From positions 1,364,001 to 1,428,000 of the forward strand of contig OZ024764.1 of assembly GCA_964016885.1 (NCBI GenBank): a stretch of 64,000 nucleotides of DNA, in the 5' to 3' direction. Below the pieces are notes generated by a model. The model did no database searches and was not told the origin of the DNA. It worked only from the letters and a program-made list of their open reading frames with translations. The stretch's first letter is position 1; each line of letters starts with the position of its first letter. Shown here one piece after another: positions 54,939 to 64,000 of the stretch. Source of the DNA: Eledone cirrhosa (taxonomy: Eukaryota). A program made the position numbers and the translations under genes.

Positions 54939-54946
<8 letters not shown>
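53989..54946. mobile_element. Fold-back element: ~75-bp inverted repeats enclosing a 140-bp tandem array (~5 copies)
   Basis: Inverted repeats at 53989-54063 and 54872-54946. TTTCCGTT at 54063, 54203, 54343, 54483 and 54623. A solo arm lies at 62985-63050. Confidence 0.85.
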
Positions 54947-55006
<60 letters not shown>

Positions 55007-55522
55007 TCATCATCATCATCATCGTTTAACGTCCATATTCCACGCTTGCATGGGTTTGGACGGGAGTTTTCCCACTTGAGGCAAGAGTGGTTGTCTTGCT
55101 CGCATAGGACTGTCTGGTGGGTTTTCTACGGCTGGCTGCCCTTCCTAACACCAACCACATTTACAGTGTGGAACTGGGAGGTTTTTACCGTGTTACCTAC
55201 ACGGCCACATTACAGCGTGGACTGTGTGTTTCTTTTTGTTGTGACACCTACACGACCTCATTTGTTTCGGGCTGGATGTTGTGGTACCAACATAACTTTA
55301 CATTGAAAGGAGTGGTGTGGATGGGGTGGGGGTAGTGGGACGGGGGTGTATTTTGTTAGAGGTGCCTACTGACTGTAGTAGGTTTCACTTTGCACTTAGG
55401 TAAGGGGGTCTTCTCTATTACTGTGTAGTGCCAAAGCTCTCGGTCCAGTGACATTGTCTTGGAGAGGTGTAAGTGTGTGAATATATATAAATATATTTAT
55501 TAAACACCACAATATAATTATT

Positions 55523-55687
55523 CCATAACCCAAGGTTTCACAAAGTTAGACAATTCTAACAAAAACGACTGATATCACTCATGAGAAAGAATCTTTATTT
55601 TAGATATCCAAATAAAGATTCCTTCTGATGAGCAATATCAGACTTTCTGTTAGAATTGTCTAACTTCGTGAAACCTTGGGTAATGGG
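55523..55687. ncRNA. Inverted pair of hammerhead-like motifs (family G; + 55619-55687), degenerate copy at 60070-60140
   Basis: TTCCTT-CTGATGA-(long insert with GTTAGA/TCTAAC hairpin)-GAAA-CC(TTG)GG-TA^ATGGG. The mirror copy has CTCATGA. Confidence 0.45.
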
Positions 55688-56439
55688 TGGCAGTGGTTCC
55701 AGCTGCCCACATCGAAGGACTGGTGTAGGGGTTCTGAGAACAATGTAGCTTTACAGGTGATCAATGTAAATTGACAATGGAAAGGAGCTCCCCCTCGAGT
55801 TAGAAGAGAACTATTGACCTTCAGGAGAAGCAGTGACCCCTGGTTGTATTCAGCAACTGAAACAAATATGAAGTACACCAAATCCAATGGTCCTAGGGGC
55901 GGCCCTGGTTCTTCTTATTTGTGAGGGTAAACGCAGCCAGATTAGATTAGATTTTGTTGTTTATTATATAATTAAATTGTGGATTGGCAGTATCGGTAGA
56001 GGGTCGGACGCCATGCTTTCCAGCAGAGTTACATCCCTTTACGATCTGAGTTCAAATCCCGCCGAGGTTGACTTTGCCTTTCATCCTTACGGGGTCGATA
56101 AAATAAAGTACCAGTAATGCACTGGGTAATTGCTGGCCTTGTGCCTAATGTAGAAACAATTATATAATTAAATAGCTCTGTATTATACGTAGAGCACTCT
56201 CCTTTCCTTTACCTTTTCTACGGAAATACATAACACATATATATATATATATATAACATATGGTATACTGCCAAATATACTATACATACATTCATGTATA
56301 CATCGCTATTTCAGAGCACCAATCCTTTTATCTAATTTTTGCTGGACCTGCAATAGCTCTGTATAATCAACTTATTATTATTACTGGAATTCTATAAGAA
56401 TCCAGCTTCTATAATTTTCGGTGGAAGCAGGGAGTACTT

Positions 56440-56481
56440 GGCTCTGATGATCGCCAATCAGCGTGAAACAGACTGTTAGCT
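56440..56481 (+). ncRNA. Hammerhead motif (family F)
   Basis: GGCT-CTGATGA-T.CGC(CAATCA)GCG.T-GAAA-CAG(A)CTG-TT^AGCT. Confidence 0.65.
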
Positions 56482-56609
56482 TCACTCCCTTCTTTCGCCG
56501 AAAAGAAGTGACATAGTCACTACTTTAAAACCGATAGTGTATGGTCTTCTAAATGTTGTTAATTAAACATACGGTATATTGCCATATATACTATACATAC
56601 ATTCATATA

Positions 56610-57023
56610 TCTATCTATCTAAGGCAGGTAAAATTCCCGAGATCCATGGACGAGTTCTCTCCAGCGGTCTCTGTCCCTCATTATCGCTGCCATGTCCTGC
56701 GTCTCCAACAGACCAGTGTCTGTCCTTAGGGCATCAACATACGTTAACCTTGGTCTTCCTCTTCTAGTGTGTCCATGTAGGGGCTCCCAAAGGAGTACTG
56801 AGTGCAATGTCAACTCTGGATGTCGGTGAACATGTCCAGCTAACCTCCGTCTCCTCTGTGTCACTTTTGAGCTGACTTTTGGGAGGCTCCCATACAGCTC
56901 TGAGTTTTTCATTCTCAGTGTATACTGATTAATGTTCAGAGCCATCCTCAGCATTCTCGTGTAGCACCCATCCACCATCTGAGTGAGTTTCTTGGTCAGT
57001 GTCCAAGTCTCAGACCCATTCAT
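56610..57023 (-). mobile_element. RTE-clade LINE (family 3) 3' fragment with (TAGA)n tail
   Basis: GSETWTLTK..DGCYTRMLRMALNI..RLAGHVHRH..GRPRLTYVD..DRDRWR. Confidence 0.9.
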
Positions 57024-57197
57024 ATATATATATATATATATAGTTATATATATATATATATATTAAAGAGTTAAACAAGATTCAATGAGTATATCAAAGA
57101 ATGAGTTTTACAGTAGATTGGAAGCACTCTACAGTAATTAATTTTCCAGAGTTATTAATATTAAAATACAAATATTAATAAAATAGATGTTCTTTAT

Positions 57198-57250
57198 ATT
57201 TTGTCTGATGAGGACGTACTGTTGTACCTCCGAAATATGGATAATGAAAT
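57198..57250 (+). ncRNA. Family-D-like hammerhead enclosed by 36-bp inverted repeats (57159-57194 and 57263-57298)
   Basis: ATTTTGT-CTGATGA-GGA.GTAC(TGTT)GTAC.TCC-GAAA-TATGGA-TA^ATGAAAT. Confidence 0.7.
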
Positions 57251-57317
57251 TTAATTGATCAAAAGAACTTCTATTTTATTAATATTTGTATTTTAATATA
57301 TATATATATATATATAC

Positions 57318-57762
57318 ATGGAAAGTTATATTTAAATTGTTGGGTTACAACGAGTAAATATTTATAACTGATATAAAAGCACTCAACAAGTATTTGGAGT
57401 ATATTTACGATATTAAATAAATGGAAATTATATTTATAAAACCATATTTATTTCATTATATATATTTCAGGGATAACATATTAAAAATATGTTATACCTT
57501 CTTCAGACAAAATACAATATAAACAGTCTTATAAATAAATAGATTCGACATACCTTTCAACTTCGACTTGCATTTGAAAAGTTGATTTGGTAGTATGCAA
57601 GTCGAAGTTGAAAGGTATGTCGAATCTATTTATTTATAAGACTGTTTATATTGTATTTTGTCTGAAGAAGGCATAACATATTTTTAATATGATATCCCTG
57701 AAATATATATAATGAAATAAATATGGTTTTATAAATATAATTTCCATTTATTTAATATCGTA
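57318..57762. mobile_element. Family-D fold-back with ~168-bp arms, a 21-nt loop and mirror hammerheads (- 57450-57514, + 57654-57719)
   Basis: Arms 57406-57573 and 57595-57762. Core CTGAAGA..GAAA-TATATA-TA^ATGAAATA. Confidence 0.85.
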
Positions 57763-58169
57763 TATATATATATATATATATATATAAATGAGGTAAATAT
57801 CTCACTGAGTACTAAGTACCCATAGAGATATATAGGGTGTCTATAATATAATTGTTGTTCTATGGTACTAATTAGAGATACCAGAACTATAAAAATTGAT
57901 GAACAGAACAAACAAACATTAAACAATCCTTTAAATAAATTAAAAAATAATTTAAATATCTACCTGTTCATAATGCTGTTACCGGCGGTTTCCATCTACA
58001 AAAGATTGGAAATTCAGAGAATTTCCAATGGAAAGTAGATTTCATCAGATAGCTATTTCCTTTCTATAGGACATATGTCCCATGGTCCGCAAATATAATG
58101 CTAACTACCAGCTCGTATGAGTTATAGCCGTTAAAGTGACCCATACGTGACCTGGCTACTAGAGCAAGT

Positions 58170-58215
<46 letters not shown>

Positions 58216-58272
58216 TATATATATTATTCAAAATATTAATAAATGGAGACATTTACATAATCAAAATATATG

Positions 58273-58334
58273 TTTTATTATATATATTTCGGAGGGACTG
58301 TGCTGTTTTTTCAGTACGTCCTCATCAGATAAAA
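58273..58334 (-). ncRNA. Family-D2 hammerhead in the 58227-58390 repeat
   Basis: Reverse complement: TTTTAT-CTGATGA-GGA..GTACTG/CAGCAC..TCC-GAAA-TATATA-TA^ATAAAA. Confidence 0.7.
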
Positions 58335-58482
58335 TATATGAATTGATGTATGACATACCTCAACTGTGCTGATGGTTCAATTCCAGTCTTGTTATATATA
58401 TATATATATATATATATGTTGGTACTACAACATCCAGCCCGAAACAAATGAGATCGTGTAGGTGTCACGACAAAAAAACACA

Positions 58483-58825
58483 CAGTCCTCGCTGTAATGT
58501 GGCCGTGTAGGCAACACGGTAAAAACCTCCCAGTCCCACACTGTAAATGTGGTTGGTGTTAGGAAGGGCATCCAGCTGTAGAAAACCCGCCAGACAGTCC
58601 ACGCTGTAATGTGGCCGTGTAGGCAACACGGTAAAAACCTCCCAGCCCCACACTGTAAATGTGGTTGGTGTTAGGAAGGGCATCCAGCTGTAGAAAACCC
58701 GCCAGACAGTCCACGCTGTAATGTGGCCGTGTAGGCAACACGGTAAAAACCTCCCAGCCCCACACTGTAAATGTGGTTGGTGTTAGGAAGGGCATCCAGC
58801 CGTAGATAACCCGCCAGACAGTCCT
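58483..58825. repeat. 112-bp triplication inside the RTE 3' UTR
   Basis: CAGTCC at 58483, 58595, 58707 and 58819. Confidence 0.9.
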
Positions 58826-59922
58826 ATGCGAGCAAGACAACCACTCTTGCCTCAAGTGAGAAAACTCCCGTCCAAACCCATGCAAGCGTGGAATATGGAC
58901 GTTAAACGATGATGATGATGATGATGATATAATTAGTTTTTGGATTTGTTTTGCGAGATTTCTTATCTGAAAACGTGTGTTGAAGCAGATATTGTTATAC
59001 TTTGGGCCCTCCCAAAGTATAACAATATCTGCTTCAGCATGCGAGATAAGAAATCTCGCATGCTGCCAATAATAACACATGCACCTGTTGGTTTTCACTT
59101 CAATTTATTATATTTCCAGTTGGTTGGTTGGTTGGATAACCGGAAGGTTGTTTATATATTGTCAAAGCTCTTTTGTCACACATTCTGTAACCTCCTCAGT
59201 GACTAGGATTTTATTCTGTGTCCCCTCTGTTCTGTTTTTGTCTGTGTATATATATATATATATACATTGAGCCACAAAGTGACCCGTTGCAAAACACATA
59301 TATATATATATGTATGTAAACCTTTATATGTAATAATCTCCCTTAGGCTGTATTGTGCTGCGCTTTCTAGCAAAAGGCCACCAGCCGTAAGCAACTAATC
59401 ACATTCTTTCTAACCTGACCGCTGCTACGTCACGATTCTTAGCCATTTTTGAATGTATTCTTGGCGCGATCACTTTGGAAAATTTATTGTCTAAATTTGA
59501 GCTAACTTCCTGAAGAGTCCGGTGCTCTAGATGTCCAATGTTATCGGATATCTTAAAATGCGGACGGAACCATGGTAGAGGTAACTAAATATGTTCACTT
59601 TTCTCCTAGTTTATTTTACACCTAATTCTGTTTAGTTGACTGTATATCTGGACGATTTATACACGCTGTAGAAATACTCGATAAATACTCCGTCGCAACT
59701 GCCGCGAAGGGCTGCTTTCGGTTATTTGTCTGAGATTTCTTCATAGAAGCCTTTATTCTTATAGCTTGGTCTAATCGATTTTTTATATGGTTAATTATGC
59801 TAATTGGGAGAGGAAATGGTATATATTTTATCTGGTGATTCTATAGACATGTTTTATGATATATAGCTCTGATTATTTAATTTATTAATTCTTCATTGAG
59901 CCACAAAGTGACCCGTTGCAAA

Positions 59923-59966
<44 letters not shown>

Positions 59967-60285
59967 AAACCTTTATATATATAAATATATGTGTGTGTGT
60001 GTAGAGAGAGAGATGATATATATATATATATAGATTCATATACATGTACAAATATATATATATTTTTTCTTTTAGATGATGAACGAGCTGGATGTTTCTG
60101 TTAGAATCGTCTAACTTCATGAAACCTTGGGTAATGGAATAATTATATTGTGTTGTTTATTATATAATTAAATAGCTCTGTACTACACATAGAGCACTCT
60201 TTCCTCTACCTTTTCCAAGGAAATACTTAACACATAATATATATTGCAAGCAGGGAAAAGCGGACGTAAAATGATGATGATGATG

Positions 60286-60412
<127 letters not shown>

Positions 60413-60571
60413 TATATTTCTTTATTAGCCACAGATATAAAATGATGATGATGATGATGATATATATATACATATATATATATATAGATATATTTCTTTA
60501 TTAGCCACAGATATATATATATAGATAGATAGATAAATATACACGGGTGTGTATGATTGTGTATAGAAGAT

Positions 60572-60967
60572 TATATTAATAAGAGGAATTCCAACTTTGT
60601 CTGATTTACTCGTTTTATTTACAATCCTTTAAAATTTATAATGGTATTATAATGAAATAGTATGATAGAATATTAAATTTTAAGTGTTAATTGAACAAGT
60701 ACTTTCATGTTTTCGCAATCTTCAGGTTCATAATGTGTGGTGACAGTCAAGTTTGCAATTTACAACTTGCAATTTACAAATTGTAAACTTGTCTGTCACC
60801 ACATATCATGAACCTGAAGATTGCGAAACCATGAAAGTACTTGTTCAATTAACACTTAACATTTAATATTCTATCATACTATTTCATTATAATACCATTA
60901 TAAATTTTAAAGGATTGTAAATAAAACGAGTAAATCAGACAAAGTTGGAATTCCTCTTATTAATATA
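60572..60967. repeat. Near-perfect palindrome with ~190-bp arms
   Basis: 60572-60760 is the reverse complement of 60778-60967, with a ~16-nt loop. Flanked by TA-rich sequence. Confidence 0.9.
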
Positions 60968-61136
60968 TATATATATATATATAAAAACAAATAACATATA
61001 TATATGCAAAAGTTCTATTTAAAATTGTTGGGATACAACAAGTAAATATTTTTATAACTGATATAAAGCACTCGACAAGTTTTTGGAGTAGATATACGAT
61101 ATTAATAAATGGAAACTATATTTATAAAACCATATT

Positions 61137-61201
61137 TATTTCATTATACATATTTCAGGGATACCAAATTAAATTATGGTATGCCTTCATCAGACAAAAT
61201 A
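61137..61201 (-). ncRNA. Family-D1 hammerhead in an unrearranged element (61005-61240)
   Basis: Reverse complement: TATTTTGT-CTGATGA-AGG.ATACCA..TGGTAT.CCT-GAAA-TATGTA-TA^ATGAAATA. Confidence 0.75.
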
Positions 61202-61886
61202 CAATATATAACAGTTTTACAAATAAGCTTTGACGTACCCTATTACTGGCTTGATTTCTACAGCTGGATGCCCTTCCTAACACCAACCTCATTTACAGTG
61301 AGTGCTGGGTGCTTTTTTTTTTTTTCCGTGGCACCCACAAGTCCACTTTACAGTGTGGGCTGGGTCCTTTTTTGCTGTGGCACCTCCATGACCACTTTGC
61401 AGTGGAATGATAGGGACCCCAGTCCTATCATCACATTTCTACAGCTGAGTAAACTGGAGCAATGTGAAATAAAGTGTCTTGCTCAAGGAAACAACACATC
61501 ACACAGTCTGAGAATTGAACTCACAACCTTTCGATTGCAAGGCCAATGCTCTAACCAACTAAGCCATGTGCCTCCACATGGTTATATATATATATACATG
61601 TATATATATATATAGTAATTGTTTCTACTTTAGGCACAAGGTCAGCAATTACCCAGTGCATTACTGGTACTTTATTTTATTGACCCCGTAAGGATGAAAG
61701 GCAAAGTCAACCTCGGCGGGATTTGAACTCAGATCGTAAAGGGACGTAACTATGCTGGAAAGCATGGCGTCCGACCCTCTACCGATACTGCCAATCCACT
61801 GCCCTTATATATATATTATGTATATATATATATATATAGTATATTATGTATATATATATTATGTATATATATATATATATAGTATA

Positions 61887-62710
61887 CTAGCAGTAAAGCC
61901 CGGCGTTGCTCGGGGTCGCTCAGTAGCTGTGTTAAAGTTACAATGTTAAGTTTCTTTCTTGGCTTAAAAACTGTAGTGTCTACTGTGCAGACTTGCATGT
62001 GGTGTTTTTGATTAATATTCCCTCAACCAATAATATGCCTTATGAAGTTAAGAAAACATAACGATAACCCGAATGTTATAACAAAAGAGGATGCTGGGGA
62101 TAGAAACTGCACTGGTTATTTATTAACAAAGATCGAAAATGTAAACACTGCAACGCAGAGAAAAACATTAGCGTAACCAAATTATCAGTTATGTCTGTCT
62201 GCACGCCTATATCACCTCTCTGCACGCCTATATCACCTCTCTGCACGACTGTCTGTCTGCACGACTATCTGTCTGCACGCCTCACGACGAAATATTTGCT
62301 TGTTTTACGTAGTCTTTAAATAGACTTGTTTTCAAGTAAAAATATTGTTTTAAAATGCTTTTAAATGGAAATGAAGCAAAACGGAAGCTTAGTGTTCGAA
62401 CTGATGAATTTTGCAGGTCAATATTTTGCTGGCTCGACAACTGTTAAAGCCAGCGTAATTTTTTACGTAAGACGCTCAATGTAAACAGAACAAAGGGAAA
62501 TAACTGATAACTTACGCTCAAAAATCGATACATTATATTCGATTTCGTCAGATAGGGCAGGTCAATTTGAAATATTTTTTTTCCGATGTCTTCGCTAGGG
62601 CTCAATGTACAAGTATAGCAATTTCGGTGCAATTCCGTGAGAGATTCTAAGAGGAGATGTGTGCCAAAAATCGATAGACAGACAGACAACCTCAGTTTTA
62701 TATATATAGA
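61887..62710 (-). mobile_element. Non-autonomous Helitron
   Basis: Reverse complement starts A|TCTATATATATAAAA with (TCTG)n and ends CCCGAGCAACGCCGGG hairpin..CTAG|T. Inserted between A and T with no TSD. Confidence 0.8.
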
Positions 62711-63364
62711 TTATGTATATATATATTATGTATATATATATATAGTATATTATGTATATATATATTATGTATATATATATATATATAGTATATTATGTAT
62801 ATATATATTATGTATATATATATATATATAGCATATTATGTATATATATATTATGTATATATATATATAGTATATTATGTATATATATATTATGTATATA
62901 TATATAGTATATATATAGTAATAATAATAAATGTGAAGACTAAAATCCAAAGAGGGCTCGATAAGGATAAATATATATATCAAAATATTAAAATAACAGA
63001 TTAAAGTTTAAGCAAAGAATCGTTGCTTTCACCCTTAACGCGATCTTCTGTAGATCTTTAATCAGGGAAAAGCGGACGTAAAATGATGATGATGATGATG
63101 ATGATATATATTTATATGATGGCTGCAAACTCTAAGAGTATTGCAATCGCTGGTCAGATTATAGAGTTTGGTTGCACTTTTAGGCTATGGCCAGCCACAC
63201 AAACCTGTAACAGATCCTGAACAAGCAATGCCTGTGCTTTGAAGGTTTTTCAAGTGGGGAAATTTCTTGCACTCGACCCATCCCACTCTCTGAGCATCAA
63301 GAACTGGTCAACATCATCGGATGCTTCTGAAGCAGCAGGCTTTTTTTGTTTTTACTCCACCGTA

Positions 63365-64000
63365 CCACACCACCACCACCACCACCACTGCACTAGCACC
63401 ACCAACAACACATCTACCACCACCACCATCACTACACCACCACCACCACCACTGCACCAGCACCACCAACACCTCTACCACCACCACTACATTACCACCG
63501 CCACCACCAATAACACTAACCCCACCATCACCACTACCACCACCACCACCACCACCACTAACACCACCACACCACCACTACCACTGCACCAGCACCAGCA
63601 CCAACACCACTACCACCACTACACCAGCACCACCACCACTACCGCCACCACCACTGCACCAGCACCAGCACCACTACCACCACCACCACTACCACCACCA
63701 CCACCACCGACACCACTACCACCACTAACACTAACGCCACCAGCACCACTACCACTACCACCAGCACCACCCCCACCACTAACACCACCACACCACCACT
63801 ACCACTGCACCAGCACCACCACCACCACCAACACCACTACCACCACTACCACCACTAACACTAACGCCACCACCAGCACTACCACCACTACCGCCACCAC
63901 CACTGTACCAGCACCACCACCACTACCACCAGCACCACCACCGACACCACTAACACTAACGCCACCACCGACACCACTACCACCACTAACACTAACGCCA
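63365..64000. repeat. (CAC)n-rich low-complexity tract
   Basis: CAC/TAC/TAA/CAG triplets running to the window end. Confidence 0.9.

Noticed and set aside
58010-58055. Minus-strand CTGATGA..GAAA (also 62401 +)
   Set aside because: No pairable stems I and III or valid NUH triplet.
60809-60848. TGAAC-CTGAAGA-TTGC-GAAA..TT-GTTCA in the large palindrome
   Set aside because: Stem I pairs, but stem II is only 4 nt and stem III does not pair; not counted as a hammerhead.

Overview
AT-rich, almost entirely repetitive animal DNA. The RTE LINEs with (GAT)n tails, tRNA-derived SINEs and very long (TA)n tracts suggest an octopus or other cephalopod (inference). I found no intact host gene. The window contains decayed LINEs (three RTE families, CR1, a CRE-like 3' end), a Penelope-like element (PLE) with a GIY-YIG domain, three SINE families, a hAT MITE and a non-autonomous Helitron. 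It also holds a five-unit ~3-kb composite tandem array (5.4-22.4 kb) and at least eight 48-140 bp minisatellites, most of which arose inside transposons. The main unexplained signal is over 20 type-I hammerhead ribozyme (HHR) folds in six or seven short repeat families. They sit in (TA)n tracts, are usually part of fold-back or inverted structures, and have been amplified in pairs within the 3-kb array. This looks like a PLE/retrozyme-type non-autonomous retroelement system. Structures and coordinates were read by eye, so boundaries are approximate and no ribozyme activity is shown.
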